64,000 bases of DNA from Eledone cirrhosa (taxonomy: Eukaryota), in assembly GCA_964016885.1 (NCBI GenBank), contig OZ024762.1, positions 21,390,001 through 21,454,000 of the forward strand, read 5' to 3'. Under the pieces are notes generated by a model. It made no database searches. It had not been told where the DNA came from and was given only the letters and a program-made list of their open reading frames with translations. The translations under genes were made by a program, and so were the position numbers. Of this stretch, positions 15,151 through 29,595 are shown in pieces. The stretch's first letter is position 1. The number at the start of each line of letters is the position of its first letter.

Positions 15151-15427
15151 ACAGGGAGAAAGAGACGATTATTAGGAAGAAAAATATTTTTTTTTCCTTT
15201 TTTGTTTCTCTCTTTTTTCTGGGTTAGAAAATGATTAAAACGAAATGTTTTACTTTGTGTGAAGTGTTAAGGTATTAGTTGATTTATTTCAACTAATACC
15301 TTAACACTTCACACAAAGTAAAACATTTCGTTTTAATCATTTTCTAAACCAGACAAAAGAGAGAGAGAAACAAAAAAGAAAAATATATTTTTCTTCCTAA
15401 TAATCGTCTCTTTCTCCCTGTTTTCAT
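15145..15427. repeat. Hairpin-like inverted repeat, ~138-bp arms, ~6-nt spacer
   Basis: ATGAAAACAGGGAG..GTATTAGTTGA tttatt TCAACTAATAC..CTCCCTGTTTTCAT, flanked by (TA)n on both sides. Confidence 0.9.
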
Positions 15428-15465
15428 ATATATATATATCCTAACTCGTGCGCTTCCTCTCCACA

Positions 15466-15523
<58 letters not shown>

Positions 15524-16364
15524 ATATATATATATATATAATACATTATGAAGATATATATATATATATATATATACATACACATATATGTGTGTCTGAG
15601 TGTGTATGTATAGTGCATATACATGTTTATGTATATATTTAAAGGATTATGTGTGGGTGTGTCAATATGTAGGTGTTCGTAGCTAGGTGCTCTATAGTGT
15701 TATTAGTACATGAACAATGAAATCGTGTCTTCATCAATCAGTTGTCTTCGGGCAATACGATTCTATACGATGCTGCATATTCAGTTTGCAACAGTAATTT
15801 CAAGGAAAATCATTTGCGATGGGCTAGTTACCTGTCCATGGGGAGTTTTGCTTCTCATTATCCATGAATGAAAATGTGCAAAAGTGGCTCGCTAAAACCT
15901 GTAATGTTTCATAAATAAACGCCGAATATATCTTTCGTACGTTAAATTTCTCTTCTCGAGTTGTTAGTACCAGTAATGCACTGGTGTGAATTTAATCGAT
16001 TTTTTCCTTCACTTCAAATTGTTAGCATTGTGTCAAAAGGAGATCTCAGATCTTGAATAACCGTGCCCCAGCTTATTAAATCTTGCTAATCTATCTCTGG
16101 CGAAATTTTATTGCAAGTGATTCATATTGATGCAGCAGCTTGAAAATCTAATAATTAAAAAAAAAAAAAGAACATTACCTCAAATCCCATATTTACGAAC
16201 GTTCAATATACAATTACCCATTTCTTAACCACAACCCTACGTTTATTCCAATCCTCGCCACTTAGAAGAATTTCAACAAACGTCCAACCCTCCGCCTGCT
16301 TATTCTACTCCCACCCTTATTATTTGGGACCCGAGAGTAACAACAATTATTAGGTCCCTCAAAC

Positions 16365-16525
16365 GGCGGTGGATTGGCAGAAACGTTAGATTGTCACACA
16401 AAATGCGTTGCATCATTTAGTTACGGTTCTTTACGATCAATGTTCAAATCCTGCCGACGTCAAATTTGCTTTTCACGCTTCCAGAGTTCATAAAATAAAG
16501 TATCAGTAAAGCACTGCGGTCAATA
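16365..16525 (+). mobile_element. SINE, major family, diverged
   Basis: GGCGGTGGATTGGCAG..GTTCAAATCCTGCCG..GCTTTTCACGCTTCC. Confidence 0.75.
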
Positions 16526-17240
16526 TCTATTTTATCCTCCTCTATACACTCACGCACCCATACATATATAATGTATATTTTCGTACACATATATTTACAT
16601 GTATATATCTAAACTATAATAAAGTAAGGAGCGCGGGACTGCGTACAGTGTATAATGTTTTATCCCATTAGTAAAATAAGTTGGATTACTTTGAATAAAT
16701 AATGAATGAATATTACATAATTTATCTACTAAATTTTGTGGCTGTTGATTAAATATATTTTGTTTATTTAAAGATTCATTTCTTTAAAATTTCTGAAATG
16801 TAAACACTTCCGGTTGGCCATCGCTTAAATAAAGATACTAATTTTCTCCTAATGCAGTTTATATATAATATCGCCTTTTTTAATGTATCATGGATTACAT
16901 TACTGATTACAGAAGACAGTGTAACGCAGTCTTCGTTCAATTTCTATGTATTATATATTGTCAATTACGATTTTATTTGATGTATCATATCTACATATAT
17001 ATATATATACTTGCGTATAATATCAATATACACACTACACATGCTAGCAGAAAACCATCCAAAGTGTGGTTTTTCTGCTAGTATATATAACTACCTATCT
17101 CTGACTTCTGTCTTGTTTTCATCATTCTATGCACAAACACATATATATATATATATATAAATATATACACACACACACACGCAAACACACACACATATAT
17201 ATATATATGTATATATATAGATATAGATACATATATATAT

Positions 17241-17280
<40 letters not shown>

Positions 17281-17329
17281 CATAAATCATGTCCTTAGAA
17301 TTATTAGATAAAATATATGTAAACCATTA

Positions 17330-17416
<87 letters not shown>

Positions 17417-17814
17417 ACATATATACAAACATAAATCACGGCAAAGTATATAACAGTGGGAAATCACGCAAACCTTCTCTAGCCACAATAACACTGAATA
17501 AGATTTACACACGAAACACAACTATTAATTAATTATAATTTCCGGCCAGAAGGATATATTATTCACAATAAGAGATATCAAATTCTGTTATATTGTCAAC
17601 ACATTTATTCTCTTTAAATGTGTTTTTCATCAAATTATTTAACCTTTTATTTCACCGAATATATATTCATTAATATATCATGTTTTCAATCTCACGTTAT
17701 GGGTGTATTTAATCTGTTAACATATGTTAACATATGATATGTCATCTTGAAGGCAAAGGTAAACACTTTGAGAATACTTTGATCACGCATACAATATATG
17801 TTTATATAAATAAT

Positions 17815-17846
<32 letters not shown>

Positions 17847-17948
17847 CAATTGTATAAACATATATTGTATTCATGTGAAAGTATTCTCAAAGTGTTTACC
17901 TTTGCCTTCAAGATGACATATCCTATGTTAACATATGATATTAATATA

Positions 17949-18228
<280 letters not shown>

Positions 18229-18266
18229 TTAATATCATATGTTAACATAGGATATGTCATCTTGAA

Positions 18267-18383
18267 GGCGTGTGGGTGAGTGGTTAGAGAATTGGATTCG
18301 CAATCGTAAGGTTGTGAGTTCGATTCCTGGACCAGGCGATGCGTTATGTCCTTGAGCAAGACACTTTATTTCACATTGCTCCT
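18267..18383 (+). mobile_element. tRNA-derived SINE, second family (CORE-like domain), 3'-truncated
   Basis: GGCGTGTGG..AGTGGTTAGAG, GAGTTCGATTCC, GTCCTTGAGCAAGACACTTT. Confidence 0.8.
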
Positions 18384-18478
18384 TCTATCTGGAGTTGCGA
18401 CCGATAGATAGCATTAGCAATTGGAAAGACCAACGGAAACATTGTTCCCTCGGTCCGATTTGACGAAAGTCGATCGTT

Positions 18479-18516
<38 letters not shown>

Positions 18517-18707
18517 TGTATATATATATATATATATTTAAGTAACAGCCGTACTAAGAGTGGGAAATGAAATTTCGTTTCATTTTTTTCCGTTTATCGT
18601 TTTCGGTGCACCCGGCCGATTAACCCACTCGATATTCAAATTGGGCTACTCAGCCGTTAATATACATAAGGTACGTATATACGTTCAACAATCTGGCAGG
18701 AAGGTAT

Positions 18708-18750
18708 ACGTTGCTGACGATAGCTAATAAGCTTGAAACTAGTACAGCGT
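18708..18750 (+). ncRNA. Minimal type I hammerhead, family F
   Basis: ACGTTG CTGACGA T-AGCT-AATA-AGCT-T GAA ACTAGT A CAGCGT. Palindromic stem III. Confidence 0.85.
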
Positions 18751-19007
18751 TCCTTTGTCAGTGTTGAACAAACGAACAACGGTGGTTGCTAGACACTACG
18801 GCTTAATACGGGATGTTTGTTTACAAACACACCGAGCATTATAATAAATGTTTGGTGAATCCATACGTACATATATATATGTGTGCATATATGTATATAT
18901 ACATACTACTGTACGTCTGTATACATATATGTATGTACGTATACATACTTATATTTAAATCACAGCCGTACTAAGTGTGGGAAATGATATTTCGTTTCAT
19001 TTTTTCC

Positions 19008-19053
<46 letters not shown>

Positions 19054-19165
19054 ATATATATATATATAGGAAAAGAGGACCCCGACGGCTGAGCTCCGGC
19101 CGTTTCGACAGCTAGATCCGAACTAATTATTATGGTCCACCTGGTTCCTTACCACACTTTCTTTG

Positions 19166-19241
<76 letters not shown>

Positions 19242-19281
19242 AAATATATGTATATATATATATATGTGTTATATATATGTG

Positions 19282-19318
<37 letters not shown>

Positions 19319-19367
19319 TGTTTTTTTTTGTTTTTGTTTTTGTGAAACTCTGCTTCGTAGAATCGAG

Positions 19368-19460
19368 ACGTATCTGAGGACCTTGCGATTTAAGAGTCAG
19401 GTGCGATCATTACATCGATCGTGCCTCGAGCTGGACGCTAGAGAAACGATTGTAATATGT
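19368..19460 (+). ncRNA. Hammerhead motif with long stem II, family D
   Basis: ACGTAT CTGAGGA [~62 nt incl. AGGTGCGATC/GATCGTGCCT hairpin] GAAAC GATT GTA ATATGT. Confidence 0.75.
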
Positions 19461-19517
19461 CTAATAAATTTTATTCGTCGCAACACTGATTCCCCGTTTC
19501 TTATGTGATATATATAT

Positions 19518-19562
<45 letters not shown>

Positions 19563-20033
19563 AAAGAAAGGTATAGAAAATATTGTAGCAAAAAGCCAAC
19601 AGTATTCCATAATATAATATATATATATATATATACGTATATATCATATATACATATATACATGTATGCATATATAGATATTTACCAATATGTCTTTTTG
19701 AATATGTGTGTGTCCTGAAATAAAGGTCTGGAATGTGATTTCGAGGTTTCGGAGAATGTATGTTCTGTCAGTCAAAACAGGCTCTAGTACAAAGAACAGT
19801 CAAAACTATCTACTAGTACATAAAATAACTTCTCCAGTATGTTTATTCCTTTCATCTGTATCCATATTTCTTCTCCTTCTCAAAATTCCACATTTCTCTC
19901 TCTCTCATTCTATCTTCTAATGAATAACTAACGTCCGAACCATTCAGACTCTTGCCCTACTTTAACAAGTGTTAAACTAATATATACTATCAACGTACTG
20001 TATTGCCCTTCGGTGCTGTTTCCTCTCGAAAAT

Positions 20034-20113
<80 letters not shown>

Positions 20114-20126
20114 GTAATCATACATG

Positions 20127-20194
<68 letters not shown>

Positions 20195-20741
20195 TGTATA
20201 TCTATATACATACATACAAGCATATATGCAAATATGTCTTTGCATTATTTCTCCTTAACACAATTTGTTATCAGTTTTTCAAAATCAATATCCTTAAAGT
20301 ATTCTTTCCCTACATTTTTAAGTTTCACACTTGTATCAGTAAATACATTTCCACTATATACATTCTTTTCATAGGCAAATATCTTCTTGTTGTTGTTGTC
20401 TATAGTCCTTCTTTTATAGATGGTCCGCATTTTACTTCAGTATTAATAACATCAGCGAAAACAAACTGTTACTTAATTTAATAATATACTGCTGTTTTAT
20501 GCATTACATATTACTTTTCGCAACAAGTATTATATACACATACATATATACACCTTCCACTATTTTTATTGATTTGTTATCAAGCATGAAGAACACAAAT
20601 ATAGGTTTCTTTAAAATAAATATATACATTATATCCCAGTCTCAGTCTAATTCGTACAAATCAGACAGAAGTTGTTTCGGTACGAAATATATATTTAAGA
20701 GACACTCTTGTAAGTACCATACTGAAGTCTGGGTTGCTTTA

Positions 20742-20799
<58 letters not shown>

Positions 20800-20814
20800 A
20801 TATAATATAATATA

Positions 20815-20997
<183 letters not shown>

Positions 20998-21002
20998 ATA
21001 TA

Positions 21003-21190
21003 GGCGGTGGATTGGCAGTATTGGTTGAGTGTCGGATGCCATGCTTTGGCGCATAGAGTTACGGCCCTTGCCATTCTGAGTTCAAATCCCGCCGAGGTTA
21101 ACTTTGCCTTTCATCCTTACGGGGTCGATAAAATAAAGTACCAGTAATACACTGGGTAATTGCTGGCCTTGTGCCTAACGTAGAAACAAT
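21003..21190 (+). mobile_element. tRNA-derived SINE (major family; Meta/Sauria-like central domain)
   Basis: GGCGGTGGATTGGCAGTA (A-box-like), GAGTTCAAATCCC (B-box), GCCTTTCATCCTTACGGGGTCGATAAAATAAAGTACCAG. Confidence 0.85.
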
Positions 21191-21735
21191 TAATGTATAT
21201 ATATGCATGCTACTGTACGTCTGTATACATATATGTATGTACGTATACATACATACTTACATTTAAGTAAGTGCCATACTAAGAGTGAGAAATGAAATTT
21301 CGTTTTCATTTTTTTCAACTTATATATATATATATATATTAATAAAAGGAATTCCAACTTTGTCTGATTTACTCGTTTTATTTACAATCCTTTAAAATTT
21401 ATAATGATATTAGAATGAAATAGTATGGTAGAATATTAAATTTTAAGTGTTAATTGAACAAGTACTTTCATGCTTTCGCAATCCTCAGGTTCATATTCTG
21501 TAGTGACAGTCAAGTTTGCAATTTTCAACTGTCAGTTTTCAACTGTATATTATTTATATATATTATAAATATATATGTATATATATATATCTATGTATAT
21601 ATGTATATATATATATATAAGTACGTATGTATATATATATATATAGCCATACTTTGGAAGGGTCATACTGCCAATAATAGCACACACAATATAGGGTCTC
21701 ACCTCAAATTAATGTTATATTCCCTTCCGGGTCGG

Positions 21736-21789
<54 letters not shown>

Positions 21790-21794
<5 letters not shown>

Positions 21795-21981
21795 AACCAG
21801 TAAGACCCCGACAGCTGAGCTCAAGCCGTTTCGACGGCTAATTCTGGACTGAATTAGCCGTCGAAACGGCTTGAGCTCAGCTGTCGGGGTCTTACTGGTT
21901 CCTATTACCCACTCTACTACCTCAAGTATTGAGTACTTCGGTGCGTTATGGTCCACCTGGTTCCTTACCACATTTCCTTCG

Positions 21982-21985
<4 letters not shown>
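21790..21985. mobile_element. Family A ~140-bp element in fold-back form (representative of ~14 copies)
   Basis: TAGTCCAGAATTAGCCGTCGAAACGGCTTGAGCTCAGCYGTCGGGGTC..CCTTCGTTA. Copies or fragments at ~1-60, 600-663, 19068-19168, 31738-31893, 32240-32437, 32893-33100, 36385-36590, 39055-39194, 41352-41582, 45760-45800, 46580-46752, 49799-49862 and 52972-53131, nearly all abutting (TA)n. Confidence 0.85.
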
Positions 21986-22052
<67 letters not shown>

Positions 22053-23425
22053 AATATATATATATATGTATGTATGTATGTATTTATATATATATATATA
22101 TTCAGTTTCACAAAATGTCGCCTATACAATGCAGAAACAATATTTTTTTACAATAATAATCAAAAGAAAAAAGAAAAACAGCCACATTTCGATTCTGTTT
22201 ATAGAAACAACTTCCTGGAAATGAAGTGAACGAGGTTTTGTTAATGTCGTATGTACAAAAGTTCAAAGCTCAATAGAAATTGTAAGAAACAATATAATAT
22301 TTGTTTCTGTTGCTTCTTTACTATTCATTTTAAAGAAATATTTCTCCTACGTAATATATTAAACGGCAAAATAAAAAAAATAAAAAACAGAAAACAAAAA
22401 ACAAAAAACTAAACAACTTTTCTTCGTGTGAATGATAGATACTCTTCGAAAATATTGATTTTAATGAATTTCTGTAGAAGTATAAGTTGGGTATCTGTTT
22501 AACATCACAGGCGTTCGAAAGTCAAATCGCATTTAATTTCCTTTCAATTTATTTATCAACCATCGATATTTTATTGTAGAGTATTGTAGAGTATTTTTAT
22601 TTTATTTAGTTAGTTATTTTTTATAACTTCTTTTACTAGTTTCAGTAATCAGATTGAGAGAACGGGAGAGAGAGGGTGAGGGAGAGATAGAGATAGAGAG
22701 AGAGTGAGAGAAAATTTGAGAGAGAGCGAGAGCGAGATATTGAGGGAGAATAAAAGAGAGAATGAGCGGGTGCGAGAGAGATTGAGGGAGTGAGAGAGAG
22801 AGAGGGAGGTGAGACAGAATGAGAGATAGAGAGAGTGAATGGGGGAGAGAGAGGGAGAGTGAGAAAGAGAGTGAAAGAGAGAGAAAGAGAGTGAGAGGTG
22901 GGTATCGATACAGGAAAAAACTTTACCCACAGTATTTGACTGGTACGCAATATATCTACTCTGAAACGACTGAAGGCAAAGTTGAAATTGTTTGCATTTG
23001 AACTCAAGCCTGCTGAAAGCCGTAACGTATACCATAAAATATCCTAGCCAATTCCTCGCCCATTTCCAACGAAAATATTCAGATTATTTTGCCTCCATTT
23101 TAAATATCATTTTGAGAGATGAGATTCAAGTTTTAAAATCTCTTTAAGAAAAATTTTGAATGTGTTTATTATTAAATTAATTTATTATATACAATATCTT
23201 TTTTTATAAAAGAAATCGTTAAATAAAATTATTTTCTGAATAATAAATTATTTTTATATTTTCCTTTCTTTCTTAAGACATTATAATTTTGAGTCACGTA
23301 TTGCCTTTTAATGATAATTGATTTAAAATAATTTCGAAAATCCGATAAATTAAAGTAAATTTGCAGTTCATTGTGACAGAGCACTAAATGCAATAAATCA
23401 ATCAAAACACACACAGACACACACA

Positions 23426-23509
<84 letters not shown>

Positions 23510-23681
23510 CACTCACACTTATATATAAATATACATTTGCGTACGCACAAGCTTATATACATACACACAATATATACATACCTACGAATATAACGTATAC
23601 AGACAAGCACACACACATGCCTATATACGTATATACATATAAACGTATATATTCACACTCCCACAATGTATGCATATATAC

Positions 23682-23793
<112 letters not shown>

Positions 23794-24716
23794 GTGTATG
23801 TATGTATGTATATATGGTTAAAGCACTGGGAGTGAAGGACCCCTAGCCTTTCTCAGGGCATTCTTCTAGGAGAAGGCAACTCAGGAAACTGGGATAACTC
23901 CGATATAAAACCTGCGGCTCAGTAGTAACCGATGATGTTGATCTTTTCTTCTTTTCGGGTTATAGCTACTGTCGCTCAGAGAGTGGGATTGGCTCAGTGC
24001 ACAGTCTTTCGTCACTTTAAAAAATATCTTCACGCACAGGCATTGTACGATAGAATTAATTAATTATTATTAATAATGGTATATCGTGCAATGGCCATAC
24101 TCGATAACGAGGGGGCAATCATCATGTATATATATATATGAAAAAAGGGTTCGAACTATGATTAATCTGTATTTTCTTTTGTACACTTAACACCACATTC
24201 CTTAATGTATCATATTATTTAATTTAAAACTAGAAAATCTGGTTTAAGAAATGTTTGGCTGATATTTTTAGCTGATAGAACTACCATATATATGCTGCCT
24301 TCACTCGTTGGTTCCTTCATATTTAGTTTTAGAAAGTTTGGTGTGTTAAATCTAATTTATGGTGTTACTGAGAGACATTTACGTCCGACAGTTCTGGTTT
24401 TGCTCTGGGCGAAAAATGGTTGAAGCTTAAGATCAAATTATTTGATTATAAAGTATGTATTACGTTTTATAAGTACGAAGACGTTCGACCTAATTTCTGA
24501 CTAGAAGAAATTGCTTTTGGCTTTTGGTCTGGGATGAGACTTGGCCTGGGGCTGGTGGGTGGTGCATGTTGAGGAGATTATTATAGAATAAATTTAGTAC
24601 ACAACAGCAAATGTCGATTTCTTCCATACCAAACAAACCTCCTCATCGTTCATCCCCCACCGCTACTCGTGCTAGATGAAAAACATTTAAATATATAATA
24701 TATATTGTTATATAAT

Positions 24717-25220
24717 GGTTTCTGACTTAGACACAAGGCCAACAATTTTTGGGGAAGGGAAAGTCGATTAAATCGACCCCAGTGCGTGACCGGTACTTTA
24801 TTTTTATCGACCCCGTAAGGATGAAAGGCAACGCTAACCTCGGCAGGATTTGAACTCAGATCGTGAAGTGGAGTAACCCCATTTTATTTGATAAAGAAAT
24901 ATTTAAAACAATCAGGTACATATAGAAATAGAGGGAAAGTGACGTCCGCACGAGAATCCTCCACATGTGGGTCCCGGCTGACAGGATGGAAAATACATTG
25001 CCCCGAAAGATGATGAAGATGACACGCTGTAACAGCCAGCCACTCTACATCGCAGGGCTCGCACCTGGGGGCAGCTAACCCCGCTCCAATAGCAGTGGGC
25101 AGGGATGTAGTCCGGGAGGGGGGGGGGGGTGCATCGGAGGTCTCCACTGCTACAGGATGTACCACAAAACTATCAGAGCGGCCATGAAGGTCAGAAAAGA
25201 TACAGCCCATCCACCGTCCT
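24717..25220 (-). mobile_element. Older SINE interrupted by a ~320-bp insert
   Basis: SINE 3' part at 24717-24870 and SINE head (GATACAGCCCATCCACCGTCC) at ~25198-25219. Confidence 0.65.
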
Positions 25221-25239
25221 AAATATATTGTTATATAAT

Positions 25240-25426
25240 TGTTTCTACTTTTGGCACAAGGCCAGCAATTACCCAGTGTATTACTGGTACTTTATTTTAT
25301 CGACCCCGTAAGGATGAAAGGCAAAGTTAACCTCGGCGGGATTTGAACTCAGAATGGCAAGGTCCGTGACTCTATGCGTCAAAGCATGGCGTCCGACCCT
25401 CTACCGATACTGCCAATCCACTGCCC
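25240..25426 (-). mobile_element. SINE, major family, with 16-bp TSD
   Basis: Reverse complement of the 21003 SINE, flanked by TATATTGTTATATAAT (25224-25239 and 25427-25442). Confidence 0.88.
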
Positions 25427-25459
25427 TATATTGTTATATAATGCAAGTTGTTTTCGTTA

Positions 25460-25900
25460 ATGTTTCTGGAACTCTGTTGCTTTCAACGACGAGTGTTTCC
25501 AGTGATAAAACAACGGAACAGCCTGCTCGTGAAATACACATGCTGAGTATTCCACAAATATGTATACCCTCAAGGTAGTTCTCAGTTAAATTCGACCTGA
25601 CAAACTATGTGACAGAGCTGATCTTTTGAATTACAGCTACAACAAATTCTTGCCAGCAAAGTGGACTGGACTGGGTAGATGGAAACTGTTCGGAAGCCTG
25701 TCAATTGGAGTCTACTTGTAACTCAAAGTGCCAGCCTTGTCACTCAGTGTCACCCTGAATTCTTTCCGAGGGTTACATTAAACGTACACTTAATCTAACC
25801 CTCGGAATGCTTAGACAGTTGCACACTAATTTCACGAGCTTCCTGCTCTGTTAGTTAAAAAGACTACAACACTCGTCGTCGGAACTGACGGAGGTCCTAC
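25460..25900. mobile_element. Two inverted copies of an interspersed repeat tail (also ~9545-9616 and ~38400-38530)
   Basis: CGACGAGTGTT..GCTCGTGAAAT versus ATTTCACGAGC..AACACTCGTCG..GACGGAGGTCC. Confidence 0.55.
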
Positions 25901-26027
25901 ATGCAAGAGAAATTTGTGATTCAATTGGAACGCATAATTTCAGGTTCGGCCAGAAGCAATTTTAATAGCTGGAGATCGATTATATCAAAATAGAGAGAAA
26001 GAGGTATATATATATATATATAAAGAG

Positions 26028-26064
<37 letters not shown>

Positions 26065-26219
26065 GGGAGAGAATATCAGATAAGACACGTTTATTGCTGT
26101 TTTGATCAGTATCATCTGTAAAACTTTCCTAAAATCACGTGTTTTCGATTTTTGTCGACAAGTACACAGTGGCAAACCAGATGGTATCTATTATGTTGAC
26201 AAATGATATTTGCTCTTTT

Positions 26220-27030
26220 ATAGTTAATACATCCAAGTATTGCAACGCACGAACAGTCTATACACTTTTATATTTAATAAATGTGATGTTAAACAACGTA
26301 TAATCAGAATATACTTTGTTCTACTCCATAAATGTAATATTTACAACATCGGTTCACAAATCTATTTTGTTGTACGTAATAAATCTAATTTTCCCAAACG
26401 CACTGCCAGAATATGCTTCGTTATACTGAATAAATGTAATAATAACTTATATTCAGGAATATATTTTTTATACTTAAATCATGTAATTTTTACAACGAAC
26501 GACCAGAAATATACTCTTTTATAGTTAATACATATAATGTTTATAACGTATGACTAATCATATATACTTTTATACTTAATACATATAATTTTATATAGCG
26601 TACTATGAGAAATATATGCTTTTATACTTAATATATATAATTTTATATAGCGTATATGAGAAATATATGCTTTTATACTTAATACATATAATTTTATATA
26701 GCGTAGTATGAGAAATATATGCTTTTATACTTAATATATATAATTTTATATAGCGTACTATGAGAAATATATGCTTTTATACTTAATATATATAATTTTA
26801 TATAGCGTACTATGAGAAATATATGCTTTTATACTTAATACATATAATTTTATATAGCGTACTATGAGAAATATATGCTTTTATACTTAATACATATGTT
26901 TTATAGCATACAGTGAGAAATATATGGCTTTGTACTTAATACAGGTAATGTTTATAGCGTACTAACTCAATACATTACTTTATACTTAATAAATGTAAGG
27001 TCTATAAACGTAGAAACACTTCTTTATACA
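26220..27030. repeat. 52-bp minisatellite with homogeneous centre and decayed edges
   Basis: GAGAAATATATGCTTTTATACTTAAT recurs at 26607, 26658, 26710, 26762, 26814 and 26866. Confidence 0.9.
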
Positions 27031-27047
27031 TACTATATATATATATA

Positions 27048-27071
27048 ACAACAACAACAGTGACATCAACT

Positions 27072-27118
<47 letters not shown>

Positions 27119-27554
27119 CTAACCAACACAACATCAATAGCGACAACATCAACAACAACAAGAGCAGCAGTGAAAAGATCAAGAACAACAACAACAACAA
27201 AACAACATAAGACAAGTGACAGCAACAACAGCAACAACATCAATAGCGACAACATCAAAACAACACAACAACAACAACAGCAACATCAATAGTGACAACA
27301 ACATCAAGAACAACATAAAAACAACACAACAACAACAACAACAACATCAATAGCGACAACATCAACAACAACAACAACATCAAAACAACACAACAACAGT
27401 GACAACAACAACATCAAAACAACACAACAACAGTGACAACAACAACAACAACAACAACAACATCAAAACAACACAACAACAGTGACAACACGCTCAAAGA
27501 AATCCATAAAGGTTCCGAAATGCTCAGCATCATATAATAAAAAACAACAACAAC

Positions 27555-27586
<32 letters not shown>

Positions 27587-27610
27587 CAATAATAATAGTA
27601 ATAATAACAA
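27048..27610. repeat. (CAA)n-rich compound microsatellite
   Basis: Direct inspection. Confidence 0.9.
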
Positions 27611-28607
27611 TTCAGGTCGTTCTACTGCGTTTGTAACACCCCCCCCCCTCCAACCAATCCCCTACAAAAAAAACAACAAAAACCAAAACATAAACAAACT
27701 TAAAGCACTTCCAAGAAAGGAAGGAAGAAGGCAAATGTGAGCTGCAGTTGTTGAAAATAGTAGTGTAACATCAGTATCTCCTTTATAACCAATCACCATC
27801 TAAATCATCGATATAATTATCCTATTTTCGATCGCTTATCTGTCAGATGCATGGTGGTGGAAGTGTTGTTGTTGTTGTTGTTGTTGCTGGTGGTGGTGGT
27901 GGTGGTAGTGGAGGTGAGGGGGCAAGTTTAATCTAAAGTGCTTTGATGATATTCCTTCTGCATCGTTTCAGGGTGGGATCTCTAAAAGCATTTACTGTTA
28001 CTGGAATGAGAACGAGAATGAGAATAAGAATGAGAATCAGAATAAGAATGAGAATGAGAATGAGAATGAGAATGAGAATGAGAATGTTATCCATACAAGA
28101 CGTCAAATTGCTGAATTATGACGACCAGATGATGATATTTAAATATCTGTAAGCAGAATTGTCACAAAGACGAGTGGGGATTGGGGAGGCATTAGTTGGC
28201 ACTGCTCCCTACCTTTTAATGGTAGACGTTTAGAGATTTAGGAAATATATTTTATAGAAAATTTCTTCCGGGAAGGAAGAGTGAAAGAGAGAGGGGGAGA
28301 AGAGAGAAAGAGATATGGAGGTTAAAGCGAACCCAGTACGAGGTAATTAGCCACCTTTAGTTAAGATATATACAACCATCTAAAAAAAAAATGAGGAATA
28401 TGTACAAAGCAGAATATCACGCAAACACGTATAGCCATCAATCGCACGATGATCACAGAACACAACGTTTCACTATCGTAACACCAACACTAGAAGGGCT
28501 GCTCACCAAGGTATAAGAGGCACCATCTACCTATAATGTATAATTTACTCGCACTGGACACCAACCAAGAGCTTATAAGTTGAACGTTAACTAATAACGC
28601 TAGACTC

Positions 28608-28820
28608 AACCCTAATCCTAACCCTAGCAATAACCCTAAACCAAACCCTAAGTAACCCTGATGAGAACCCTAAACCCAAGCCTAAGAAACCCTGATAACC
28701 AAACAAAGCCTAAGAAACCTTGATAACCAAACCTAAGCCTAAGAAACCTTGATAACCCTGATAACTCTAAATCCAACCCTAAGAAGCCCTAATGATAAAC
28801 AAACCCTAACCTAAAACCCT
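28608..28820. repeat. Degenerate (TAACCC)-like telomere-type repeat
   Basis: AACCCTAATCCTAACCCTAG..AAACCCTAACCTAAAACCCT. Confidence 0.7.
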
Positions 28821-29097
28821 CAACAGGGACTCATTCTAGTCAGTGTCAGCCAGAGCCTGCAGAGAAGCCCGAGACTCGTGTAAGGAAGAGATGCGCCACC
28901 AATTGTAACTAATGATTGAGCTTGTTACGCTGTAATAATTTTTTTTTGCAACAGAAGCAACTCGAACTATTTCAAAATGTTATCATTGAATAATTTTTTA
29001 CTTCACTAAGGAGTCACTGTATGTAACACGAAACTCTCTACGTTAATTTCAAAGTCTGAGGTAACTATATTATATCTATATTTCACGCTCACTGCCT

Positions 29098-29133
<36 letters not shown>

Positions 29134-29479
29134 CCACACACACACACACACATTGTTCTGTTACTCTAGTACGTGTTCCAACCGATAGGCTGGAACCATG
29201 GTGGGGCACCGCCATAAACATGCATACATACACACATACATACATATATATATATGCGTATATATATAATATACGTAATACGTAAACATGCATGCATATA
29301 TATATATTCTTCCTTCTTCCTTCTCCAGCCTCACTTTCATATAGATTGCATTTTTATTTTTAAAATCCAAAGTCAATAAATACGCCAGGATTTTTTCATT
29401 CTGATGATTGAAAGCAAAATGTTTTTGCTTTTAAGAAACCACTGGTAAATGATATAATTGCCTTATGTTGTTTATTACA

Positions 29480-29557
<78 letters not shown>

Positions 29558-29595
29558 ATTAATAAATGGAAACTATATTTATAAAACCATATTTA

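Noticed and set aside
18267-18335. tRNA gene
   Set aside because: Continues into a SINE body, and the cloverleaf/acceptor stem is not intact.
28608-28820. True telomere or hammerhead (CTGATGA at 28658)
   Set aside because: Short, degenerate and interstitial; no pairing around the motif.
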